From assembly GCA_965240325.2 (NCBI GenBank), contig OZ251226.1:992001-1056000 (forward strand): DNA of 64,000 bases, given 5' to 3'. Shown piece after piece: positions 1 to 10,422 of the stretch (positions are counted from its first letter, which is position 1; each line of letters begins with the position of its first letter). Both the position numbers and the translations under genes were made by a program. The notes beneath the pieces are model-generated. The model ran no database searches. It was not told the origin of the DNA and was given only the letters and a program-made list of their open reading frames with translations. This DNA is from Rebecca billardiae RCC1528 (lineage: Eukaryota; Protista; Haptophyta).

Positions 1-1718
1 TACATACATACGCTCTCAGCGGGACTACGCGCGAGTTGTTCATCTGCCTTCTAACGGTGCCGGCACGTGGCGCGACGATTCTGGCGTCATTATCACTTGA
101 CGACTCGACTGATCACGACGAGTGCCGTCATCGTCTGGTTCCCCTGAGAAGTCTTCTGGAATGCATCAGCGACATGCTCCCGCAGCCTGGTCAGTGGTCC
201 AAGCCAGTCACATCCGGCAGCCTGACATCATCCCACATGCCGCGCGGGCAGAGAGGCGCGCTATGCCCACGCGACTGGCTTCCTAGAAGCTGCCGTGACG
301 GAACGAGTGTCAGCAGTGGACCGCCGGCCGGTGCCGCGCGCCGCACCGCCGGGCCCAATGGCAACCGGAACACCCGGTGGCCGGCGGTGCGGCCCTAGGC
401 TAGTGCGGCGGATCTATCGCGTATAGAACGACCGGCCGTGACGCGCTCTGCACCACGTACATTCGGACGCGGCAATGAGCAGCATGCACCACCGTCCGGC
501 CGTCTCAGGTCGCTGTCGTCGGCAGCCAGCCGGTGCCGGGCACGGTGGCGCCGGGCGCTCGCAGCTGAAGGACCGCGATGGCAAGGATTGATTGCCAAGT
601 CGTCAGCCGACGACTGGGAAGTTGAGCCTGATGCTGCCCGCTGCCGGTTCGCGGGACGAATGACGAGCAGCCTATGGTCCGTGAACCTGCGTCAGCTCCT
701 AGAACTCTTCCAGACGTGGTGAGGATATCCCTCACTGCGAACTCAGCCCTCTCGCGCTGACGCAGCGCGTAGACCTTGCGGCCTGCTGCGTGCCGCGAGC
801 TATCGGACAGCGCGGCCCGCCGGCCGCGGGCCTTGGGCGGCGGGTCGACGGCTCCAGGCAGCTGCGGAGGACGCGGAGGCCGGTCGCATCCCGGCCAATG
901 CGTGGGCATCGGCCCGGCGGTTGGGCCCGTCAGCACGTCGGCAAGCGCTCTGATGCCACTCGACTCTCGAGACTGGCTGCCGAGCCGTGTCGCGCAACCG
1001 TGCCCGGCAAGACACGTGGGTCCGCGCCGAGCGTTCACCGGCCTCCGAACCCGCGCACGCCTACCAGCCCAGGGCCAGGGCACGCGCCGTCGAGCTGCCC
1101 AGTCGCAAGCAGCTCGACAGCCCCGCTGTGTGCGCGCGCCCTGCCGGTCCGTCCGCTGCCCGCTCGAGGGCGAGCACGCGGCGCCTCACCTGTCGACCAC
1201 GACAGCGCGCCTCGCGTGCACACTCTGACGGCGAGGCCCGGGATCTGGGCATGCGATGGCACTACCCGCGCCTCCGCCAAGTCTCGGCCTGGCCGAGGGG
1301 TGCAACACCGGCCGAGCCCTCGGCCCGGCGCGCCGCCGCCAGCCTGAATGCGCTGAAAAGCCCCGAAGCCGTGCGCGGCAGGCCTGCGCGTGCGAGCGGC
1401 GATGGGCGTGGGCGGCGTTGCGCGGCGCGAAGTGGGCCAGGGGCATACGTCAGCCTCGACTCCGCCGCGTCGCGCGCGGCCGAGCGCGCGCTCTGCGCGC
1501 GGGGCGCGCGACGCGAGGCGGGCGCTCGCGCACACACACGGCCATCCCATCCGGGAGGCTCCGCGACGGCTCAAGCCCCGCGCCGCCTCCGCAACCCGAC
1601 TCACGGCCGCAGGAGGTCGGGCCGCCTCCCCTCGTGAGCAACCCGAGTCTTCGTCAGCCTCTGTGAGCCCGGAGTGCTGCGCAGTCACGAGTTTAGCGAA
1701 GCACCCTGAACCCCGTAC

Positions 1719-1763
1719 TACAGTTTACTATGATTTAACGTGCACACTTGGTTAAGGCGTGAT
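1719..1763 (+). repeat. 45-bp dispersed repeat (family C), copy 1
   Basis: TACAGTTTACTATGATTTAACGTGCACACTTGGTTAAGGCGTGAT; near-identical copies at 10189-10233 (inverted) and 52170-52217. Confidence 0.85.
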
Positions 1764-1931
1764 ATCTGATGTACTCATTTCGTGTTGTATTGCGTACCCA
1801 CCTCTTTATGCTATGCACTTGCATATGTATGTGATTAAGGCGACAACCGTCCAAAAACGGACAGAGATGAGATAGGCAGAGAGCCTAGAAGTGACGGTTC
1901 GTTAGCTCGTACCATTATGAAACTTTACCAC

Positions 1932-2357
1932 CTTGATAACCGTATGATACTGACCAGGGCGGGAACGTCGATTCAAGCTACCCGCGCAATACCATATCGC
2001 GTCGCTTTGATGAATCTGAGCAGTGAACAGCTATCCAGAGAATTCGTTCGATATCTCACCTTTTTATAATCAGTTCAACACACGAATCTTGACTATCAGA
2101 AAGGTATCAGAGATGACTTCGTCCTATTTGATTCCGATTTCTTCTATTACTTACTATCCAAGGATTAAGGAGCAGTACAAACGCAATCATGAGCAGCGAA
2201 ATGGGGTCTCTATGCTGCGGATTTCACACCTAAATCCACCTACAAAAATCCCCCAAATCCTGCGCGCATCCTCTTTTTTGATTTTGCGGAGCACGTGCGC
2301 CGCCCCCCCCCCGGCTTTCGCTCACGCTCAGACCTTTCGGGGGGGGCCGTGCGCCAT
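1932..2357 (-). mobile_element. Helitron2/Helentron-like non-autonomous element, subfamily A, 5' portion (copy W); 3' end not found
   Basis: Closely matches 6358-6785 (direct) and 8026-8208 (inverted). Ends in GGGCCGTGCGCCAT, the reverse complement of the 5' terminus ATGGCGCACGGCCC. Confidence 0.65.
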
Positions 2358-2678
2358 TATGGCCCGCGGTGCAGGGCGGAGCGCGCAGCGTGGAGCCCGC
2401 ACCAGCGGGCCCGAACCACGTTTCAAAAAGATCTTTGATCAAGAAAAAAGGGACGGGGGGCGATTTTTAGGGCTGGCGGAGACCGAGTTTCGAGTTTTTG
2501 AGATCGCATAGAGAGGTCTATTAGGCCGAAAATAAGCGCGTCCAGCTCATTCCCTTAAGTAAAGTGCGATCTGGACGTCAGCTGGACGTGACATTAACGT
2601 AACGGTTCGTTACGAGCGCGATTTTAAGTATGAGATTGCCACCAACCGCCAACCGATAAAAACGGCAAGGCAAGGGCT

Positions 2679-2823
2679 CGGGAAACTTGATCACTTGTAA
2701 ATGTGAATGGTAAAATGCTCTCCCCGAGCGCGCCTGTCGCCTCGCAGGCGCACGGGAAACTTGATCACTTGTAAATGTGAATGGTAAAATGCTCTCCCCG
2801 AGCGCGCCTGTCGCCTCGCAGGC
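2679..2823 (+). repeat. 74-bp tandem duplication inside B1
   Basis: CGGGAAACTTGATCACTTGTAAATGTGAATGG...CCTCGCAGGC starts at both 2679 and 2753. Confidence 0.9.
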
Positions 2824-2899
2824 CGCGCGTCTCGCCCTCTCCTCGCTCCGCTCTCCCCGAGGCTGAGCTCGCGGCCCGCCTGTCACCTCGCAGGCGCGC

Positions 2900-4230
2900 G
2901 CCACGGACACATGCGCGACGAGATCGCGGCGGGGGCGGCGAGATCGCGGCGGGGGCGACGGGCAACAACCTGCCCGCGGGCGCGTTCGTCACTCGAGGAG
3001 CAGCGCGCAAGGGCGAGCCGAGTCCGGAGCACGCGAGCTCGTCGCTCGCCGACCGGAGCAGAGCGCGCCGCCCGCCGCCGCCGAGCGAGCGGCGCGGCAG
3101 AGCTGATGAGCCGGATGCGCCCGGAGCTCGCGCGGCTGAAGGGCGAGCTCGAGCACGCGAGCTCGCGCCTCGACGCCGAGCCCGAGCTCCTCCTCAACTC
3201 AGTCGACGGCGGCCCGGAGCAGAGCGCGCCGCTGCGAGCGAGCGGGCAGCGCGGCAGAGCTGATGAGCCGGATGCGCCCGGAGCTCGCGCGGCTGAAGGG
3301 CGAGCTCGAGCACGCGAGCTCGCGCCTCGACGCCGAGCGCGAGCTCCTCCTCAACTCGGTCGACGGCGGCGCGGAGGTGCAGCAGCGTGAGGACGAGCAG
3401 GAGCATCAGTGAAACGCGCGCCGGTTCCGGGTCGCGCAGCGGCGCCCAGCTGCCTGCCACGCGAGCGGCGGCCACGTGGCGCGAGGAGGCTGCGTGGGGA
3501 AATCGCCGCGCGCGTCGACGCGGCGATCACCGGGCTGCAGGCCTCGGCAATCGACGCGGTGCGCACCCTCGCCGCCAGCCGCGACGACTCCGCCGTCGAG
3601 CTGCAGCAGCTGCGCGCGCAGATGCCAGAAGTGCCGATGGGCGGCGGCGTATCAGCAGGCTGACGTGCACGAGCACGTGACACGCGGAGGCGCTAGGCGC
3701 CAAGCTGGCGAAGTGCGGCGCCGAGCTCGACGAGCTGAGCGACGCGGCAACGGACGCGCTGGGCGCCCGCGCCGCCATCGTCGCGGCGCCCTCCAGCAGC
3801 TCGAGCAGCTGTGGATAGTTGGCTGTCGAGGCGACCGCGGGTGTGACTCACAGTGTGAGTGAGCCGGCGCGCGGCTCAGCCTGCCGCTGGCAGCCGCCGT
3901 CTTCGAGGCCGACGCGGCGGAGGAGGCGGCGGGCGAGCACGGCGGCGCGGTGGAGCAGGCGCGCACGCGCGGCGGCAGGCGCGACGCGCCGCTCGCCTCG
4001 TTCCACCGCCCCGAGCTCCGCTCGGTCGGTCTCGGTGCGAGGCTGCGCAGCCGGCAGGCCGGGGCCAGCAGTGGCGCGCGCTCTCGCTCTGCCGGCACGA
4101 GCGACCAGCGGCCCGTCGTCGAGCGCATGGCGCAGGGCGAGTACCTCAAGCAGGTGCGCCCGCTCGCGCGCACGCGCCGGCTCGCGCCGCGCCAGCGCCT
4201 CTCGCCCTGCCTGCGCGCGCGCGCCGGCCG
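2900..4230 (+). pseudogene. Frameshifted fragments of a coiled-coil protein gene carried inside B1
   Basis: Segments with host-like codons in different frames (ELARLKGELEHASSRLDAE, LRGEIAARVDAAITGLQASAIDAVRTL, VVERMAQGEYLKQ), followed by a host-type donor CAG|GTGCGC at 4154 and intron-like GC runs. Confidence 0.45.
3055..3370 (+). repeat. 157-bp tandem duplication inside B1
   Basis: AGCTGATGAGCCGGATGCGCCCGGAGCTCG... starts at both 3101 and 3258. Confidence 0.9.
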
Positions 4231-4426
4231 CTAGTCCCCGCGGCGGCCCGCGGACCCGCGGCGACAGTCCTCGGCCCGCCGGCCCGGTGGGCGGCAGTGA
4301 CTGAGTTGGCGGTGGCAGCTCAGGCGAACTGTTACACATGTCAGACTGAGACAGCAGCCGACGGAGGGTGCGTCGCGGGCCCCGAACTACGTTCGTTCTA
4401 CGGAAAAAGACCGCGGAACGCGGTCA

Positions 4427-4441
4427 TATATATATATATAT

Positions 4442-4474
<33 letters not shown>
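4427..4474. repeat. (TA)n(GATA)n microsatellite
   Basis: Read directly; it separates the 3' ends of B1 and X. Confidence 0.95.
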
Positions 4475-4475
4475 C

Positions 4476-6785
4476 GATGGACGGCTACGCCGATCTTCGG
4501 GTAGCTTGAACAACGAAGTTGAGGGCGCACGGCCCTAGCCGTAGTTCCGCGCGTGGCTGCGTGATGCGCCAGCTGCGCGCACCCGCTGCGCCCGCGTTGA
4601 CGGTTGAGCCCATGCGAGCGCCGCGCCTGCGAGCACACGCGGCGGCTCGACACAGCCGCACGGGCAGTGTCGCTCGTGCGCCTGCCCGTGATCAGTCTCA
4701 GCTCTGAGGCGCGCGCTCAGGAGGGCTGCGGCCGGGCCGAGCGCGATCTGCGCAGACGGTACAGCCCGTGGTGGCTCATGGGCAGCCCGAGCCCAAAGCC
4801 CGCCTCCGCCATCCGCGTCACAGCCGGCCGCTCCAGCCGAGGTCTCGCGTGCTGCGCTGCAGCCGTGCTCGGCCGAACCGGACGCCCGCCGAGCCGAGGC
4901 CGGGCACGCGGCTGATGAGCAGTGGTAGCCAGGCGAAGCCGTCGTCGCGGGCGAAGCTGCGCTGGGTGATGCGGCTGAGCAGTCGGGTTATACAGATTAG
5001 TTACAGTAAACGCGGGCCCGGGCTCACTGGAATCACACCGCGGGCCGGCGACCGCGCAGCCGGGAGCAGGCCCGGGCAATAACTATGAGCAAAATATCCG
5101 GCGCCAGAAAAGCGGCGGCGGCGCTGGCATGCGCCTAGCGGCACTGCCCTGGTACAGTCTACGCTCCCCTGGCCAGCCCAGCCGCCGCCGGGGCCATACC
5201 AGGCCACCACGGCGAAGCGTGCGCTCCCGCGGACCACCTCGGCCCGACACTGGCGGATCACCCGGCAGTCGTCAGCCATCTGACGCGTAGCGCGTCGACA
5301 AATGGCTGCTGACGGCGTAAAATCGGCCTGCGCGGCGGATGAAACGGCTGAAAGGCGAGGCCACGACGCCACCCAACTGGCGCACGCGCGTGCGGCCGGC
5401 GGTGCGGCGCAGCTCGGTCACTGCCACCGCTCCCGCGGGCTGCTCACTCACGCCGAGCGCTGTGTGAAATTGTTTGACCACGAGACAGTGCCGTCGCCCG
5501 CGATGGCAGCTGCAAGCTGATCGTGCGCTCGCCGCTCCCAGACGATGCAGCAGCCACGGACGTCACACACGGCACGGGGCGAGTGTGCCTCGAGCCTGCA
5601 CCACATCTTCGCCCGCCCTGCCCTCGCAAGGCGATGCAGACTGCAGAGGGCTGTCGCAGTCGTCTGGCGCAAGCAGCTCACACGCCGCGCACCGCGCGCG
5701 TGGCCGTGATGGGTCGGCACAGCCCAGTCAAAGACACGGCATCGTATCGCCCTCTGGCCGCCAGCAGCATCACCTCTGCCGTCTGCGAGCGACTCGTATA
5801 GTTGCAGCAGCAGCCGCCAAGAGCTTGCACAAATAAACTGCGCGACGGGCGCGCCGACGCGCGTAGACGCGGGTCGGCACCGGGGCGGGGCGCGAGGGGG
5901 GAAAGAGGCACGAATGCGATGCCAACGGCCGTTGGGACCCACCGCAGCCGCGCGCACCTGCGCTGAGTCTGTCGGATTGAACGATCGTGCGGCGGCGGCC
6001 TACATGGGCAGTGGCGGCTTTCTGCGCCTCGTTCGGAGCCTGCTGCCCGCCCGTCAATGCGCGACGGCCGCAAGGCCGTACCATGGTATAGTATTAATCA
6101 TGAAGGGAGATACTGTATCATGAAGATTTGTCCACTCAAGTTTATCGTTCATATTCGTCAAGCTCTCCCGGACGCGCCGGTATTAAATGGGAGAGAATCA
6201 AGGGTCGTGCGTGAATAAGCTGTACAAATTCTTATGCTCATGAGATTTTCAGGCCCGTCAATGCGGGTGGCAATCCATTCTTGCAATCACAAGAATGGAT
6301 TGCCACCCGCATTGACGTCGTATCAGTAGATGACCAAAAGTATATCAGCAAGAGTAGCTTGATAACCGTATGATACCAGGGCGCGCGGGAACGTCGATTC
6401 AAGCTACCCGCGCAATACCATATCGCGTCGCTTTGATGAATCTGAGGAGTGAACGTAGCTATTCAGAGAAGTAGTTCGATATCTCACCTTTTTTATGGTC
6501 ACTTCAACACACGAATCTTGACTATCAGAAAGGTATCAGAGATGACTTCGTCCTATTTGATTCCGATTTCTTCCATTACTTACTATCCAAAGATTAAGGG
6601 GCAGTACAAACGCAATCATGAGCAGCGATATGGGGTCTCTATGCTGCGGTTTCACACCTAAATCCAGCTACAAAAATCCCCCAAATCCTGCGCGCATCCT
6701 CTTTTTTGCGGATTTTGCGGAGCACGTGCGCCGCCCCCCCGGCTTTCGCTCACGCTCAGACCATTCGGGGGGGCCGTGCGCCATA
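4476..6785 (-). mobile_element. Helitron2/Helentron-like non-autonomous element, subfamily A (copy X)
   Basis: 5' terminus CCATA at 6781-6785 (reverse complement TATGG). The 12-bp IR GGGCCGTGCGCC (6771-6782) pairs with subterminal GGCGCACGGCCC (4524-4535). CAAC-GAA-GTTG at 4511-4521; terminal hairpin 4479-4495 with 2 mismatches. Interior ~5880-6125 is homologous (inverted) to the B2 interior ~26205-26465. Confidence 0.7.
6256..6317. repeat. Perfect 28-bp inverted repeat with a 6-nt loop
   Basis: CGTCAATGCGGGTGGCAATCCATTCTTG-caatca-CAAGAATGGATTGCCACCCGCATTGACG. Confidence 0.95.
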
Positions 6786-6828
6786 AGCTATAGCAGATGA
6801 GAGAGAGAGAGAGATATATGAATACATA

Positions 6829-8014
6829 TAGGGTGTGGGGGCAAACCCGCCCAGTCCCATCCACGCAATGTCATTTACTTAGAGGAAATCAGATATGGTT
6901 GTATAACCGCTCGGTTATGCGGGTATAACTCACCGGTAGCCCTCATGAGGGCGGGCTGGCAGCCAGGGTCCGGCTGCCTGGAGGTTTCCCGGTCGTCAAG
7001 CCGAGCCAGGCCCGGATTGGGCGCGGGTCTGGATTTGCTCAGCAGCTCGGCAAGCGATGCGCGTCTGGGTGCGGCTGCGCTCGCTGGCTGCACCCGCGGC
7101 GCGGCGGCCTGCGTGGCTGCTCGGGTCACCGCTGCGCTGGTGGCTCCTCCTCCTCTGGGAGTTGTTTCTCCCCGCCCTCCCACCCTGCTGGTTGCTGGGT
7201 GGGCATGGCCTTGGGTGCGCGCGGTGTCGGGGGGTTGGAGGCCCTCGAGGCCTCTGCCTCCTGCGGCGCCGCGCCCTGCCCAAACTTGCGTTGGGGGGGG
7301 CGTCGGCTGCCAGCGCCTGCGGTCTACGTGATCCATCGAGTACTTCCTCTTCGGTGCTAGGCGGTCATCGGCTTCTGTCGGCGTAGTTGCTCGAATGCAT
7401 CGGCGAGTCCTTCCTGGTCGGCGTCGCATCCTGGACGGCTTCGGGGGTGTGACCTAGTCACCTAACGCGTTTATCAACGCGGCCCCCACCTCAATCTACT
7501 CTCATGTGGGTCTACCGAGTGAGGCGGGACCTGGCCCTACTCAGTCCGGAAAAATAGCGTGGCGGGACGGGTTAGCAGCGCCCCGCTATTCCGCAGGCCT
7601 TCTTATGGGGAATTGAAAAATAGCGTGGCCGTGCAACGGTATCTCCTCTAAGTGGGAGATCGCGTCGCCGCATCGATCAGACTCACGCGAATCGTTGCTG
7701 AAAGGGCAGACGAGGACACATGCGGCCTCGCTGGCGCAGCGCCGCACGGAGGCGCGCGCGCGCGCGTTCTCGCACGTCCGTCGCGCATGGAAGAGCGTCC
7801 ACCTTAGCGCGCGCCGCACGACCAGAAGTCGACCTGGCCTGCCTCGTGCACTCTGGCGTGCGCGCTGCGGGCGGTGGAGCCCATCGGCGAGTGCGCTCGC
7901 CGCGTGGTGAACTCTTTGAAGGGCGCGCGGCTCGCGGCTCGCGCGTGGGGGTGCGCCGGAGCGAGATCGACCGTAACATTGCGTGGGACGGGAGGGGTTT
8001 GCCCCCACACCCTA
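6829..8014. mobile_element. Non-autonomous hAT-like DNA transposon (1186 bp)
   Basis: ~40-bp imperfect TIRs TAGGGTGTGGGGGCAAACCC...GGGTTTGCCCCCACACCCTA. 8-bp TSD with one mismatch: AATACATA (6821-6828) and AATAGATA (8015-8022). No transposase ORF. Confidence 0.75.
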
Positions 8015-8025
8015 AATAGATACTG

Positions 8026-9981
8026 ATGGCGCACGCCCCCCCCCCGAAAGGTCTGAGCGTGAGCGAAAGCCGGGGGGGGGCGGCGCACGTGCTCCGCAAA
8101 ATCAAAAAGAGGATGCGCGCAGGATTTTGGGGATTTTTCGGTAGGTGGCCACCGCGTATGAGTGGATATCGCTGCCGCAATGATTGCGTTTGTACTGCCC
8201 CTTAATTTTAACGATAGTAACACTTAGGGGAATGCAGGGTGGAATAGCACATAACACCAGCCGTGTGTTAGAACATTCCGTCATAGTAAGATGCCTGAAT
8301 TGTAAGAGCCTGAAACAGCTCGCCAACCATAGAAACGATAGGTTGGGTCGTCAGCTTTGATTCACGCGCTTCTGAAAAACAGCGTTTTAGATTAGACGCA
8401 TCGACACCTCTATCTGCGAGGATTAACAGCTCTCTGAAAACGAGTGTGTCCTGGACAACTTGAAAGGCGGAATACAATGTGCAGTTGTGACCCAAGATTC
8501 TCATGCCCATATCAAGCATGAGTACTCATTACTCATAGCACAATTCATCGGTGACTAGAATCAAGAGATCTTCAAACTGAAACGTGATTTGGACGTCGAA
8601 GAGGCACGCACGGCCCAAGGCCGAAGAGGCACGGCTCGTTGCTTGCGGTTGGCAATGCGGGGTGCTGCACTGCACAGGCGCGGTGCGACGGGGAGCATTC
8701 CTTCTCCCGGGCGGCCACCACGGCCTCGGAGGTGGTGAGGAACGCGTCGGCGACCACGGCGTGGACCACCTCCGTCGCGCCGGACACCCCGGTCGCCCCT
8801 CACCGGACTCCACCCTCGCCGCGCGCTGACCGTTTGCCGGTCGAGCCGTGCTTGCTGTGCTGCCTGCGCGGCCCGGCGCGTGCCCCCGCGTGGTGCCACA
8901 AGGCGGGTGCAGACGTGGCGGCGCGGTGGTGCGTGCGATCGGGGGACCCCACCTGAACTACGACACGGCTGCGCGCGCTCATCCGTGCTCATCACGGTGG
9001 TGGACGCGCGACTCGACGCGCGCATCGAGCGCGGCAGGCCGGCACGGCTCGGCTCGGCAGCCTGCTCGAGGCGCGAAGGCGCGCACCGCGCGCTGCCCGT
9101 GGGCGCGACGAGATGGTGCATCATCGCGCTACTTGCCATCTTCCTCTCGCCACGCCTTCGACACGATGGCTGCGACTGCTGCTCGGAGGCGCGCTCCGGG
9201 GGGCTCACGCACGCGTTCAGAATTCGGGCTCGGCGGTGACCGCGTGGACGAGGGGCAGCGCGGTGCACGGTGGCGGAGCGCGTGCGGAGCGCAGCCTACA
9301 CCTACTACACGCTCCATCCAGACACATCGCGCATGCTCGCGCGACCTCCTCGGTCCATCACGCGCGCGTGCGCGCGCGAGCAGGTTTCGGCAGCTGCCGG
9401 GCGCGAGCGAGCACGGCGCGCCGCGTTGGCGCGCGCGCACCGATACCCGTGCGCAGCTCGACGAGCGAGCGCGGTGTGTTTCGACGCGTATGGAGAGACG
9501 CGGTGCATCGTGGTGGAGCGCGTGCGGAGCGCAGCCTACACCTACTACACGCTCCATCCAGACACATCGCGCATGCTCGCGCGACCTCCTCGGTCCATCA
9601 CGCGCCCGTGCGCGCGCGACGGCAGGTGTGCACTCAGTGCAGCCGCCGGGCGCGAGCACGGCGCGCCGCGTTGGCGCGCGCGCACCGATACCCGTGCGCA
9701 GCTCGACGAGCGAGCGCGGTGGGGTTCGATGCCGCCGACCACCTCTGGCTCGGTCGCGCTCACGAGGCTGGTCGCGGGCCTAATCGTGCCGTGTATTGGC
9801 TGCCTGCTCGGTCATTGGTGAACTCGCGACGCCGACTACAAGTACAACCGCGAGTACGGTTACACGTATTCTGGTAGGCATGCTGTGATTGTGAGTTTAT
9901 GCAACTGTGATATTCTGTACATAGGGCCGTGCGCCCTCAACTTCGTTGTTCACTACCCGAAGATCGGCGTAGCCGATCATA
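8026..9981 (+). mobile_element. Helitron2/Helentron-like non-autonomous element, subfamily A (copy Y)
   Basis: 5' end ATGGCGCACG... matches W and X over ~180 bp. 3' end: subterminal IR GGGCCGTGCGCC 9924-9935, CAAC-TTC-GTTG 9938-9948, perfect hairpin GATCGGC-GTA-GCCGATC 9962-9978, then ATA. Confidence 0.7.
9270..9720 (+). repeat. ~240-bp tandem duplication inside Y
   Basis: CGTGCGGAGCGCAGCCTACACCTACTACACG... starts at both 9281 and 9521. Confidence 0.9.
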
Positions 9982-10039
9982 GATAGCCTAAGCCTACTAT
10001 ACTGTCGCTCAGAAGTAACCTAGCTGCTTATTCAATAAC

Positions 10040-10062
10040 TGATGATGATGATGATGATGATG
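10040..10062. repeat. (TGA)n microsatellite
   Basis: Read directly. Confidence 0.9.
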
Positions 10063-10188
10063 CCGTTATTCGTCCGCCGCCCCGGGCCGGTCGAATTAAA
10101 TATAAACAATTAAATTCAAATTTACAAGGCGGACTCTGGGCACTCTCCGCTCTGGCCTGAGACTCTGGCGGCGACTCTGTCTCTGCTA

Positions 10189-10233
10189 ATCACGCCTTAA
10201 CCAAGTGTGCACGCTAAATCATAGCAAACTGTA
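10189..10233 (-). repeat. 45-bp dispersed repeat (family C), copy 2
   Basis: Reverse complement of 1719-1763 with 2 substitutions. Confidence 0.85.
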
Positions 10234-10422
10234 CTAAGACTTAAGATCGAGTGATGAGTGCTGGCAGAGTCAGCCAATGTCAATGATCCTCGCGCGCGAG
10301 TTCAGGGAGTAGGGACAGGCTGGCTCATGTCGCCGAGACAGCTCACCAGTGTTGTCGCAACGATCAGCGCCGCCGCGAGCGCGGGCAGCAGCCCAGAGCC
10401 GCACTGTTGACTGTAAGCTTCT

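Larger units (their letters stand above)
2358..4428 (+). mobile_element. Helitron2/Helentron-like non-autonomous element, subfamily B (copy B1)
   Basis: The first ~190 bp (TATGGCCCGCGGTGCAG...) and last ~60 bp match the copy at 25843-27627. 5' hairpin 2361-2411; subterminal IR 4369-4381; mini-hairpin CGAAC-TAC-GTTCG 4383-4395; terminal hairpin GACCGCG-GAA-CGCGGTC 4409-4425. Confidence 0.7.

Noticed and set aside
1-1700. Many overlapping 60-220-aa ORFs
   Set aside because: No recognisable motif or consistent coding frame; possibly decayed repeat interior, but I cannot support a call.
2023-2511. ORFs 2023-2511 and 6449-6661 with similar translations
   Set aside because: They are copies of a non-coding transposon end with frameshifts between copies; the first ORF also spans two different elements.
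3101-3300. CTGATGAG motifs suggesting hammerhead ribozymes (also ~4913)
   Set aside because: No GAAA core after a stem II and no closing stems.
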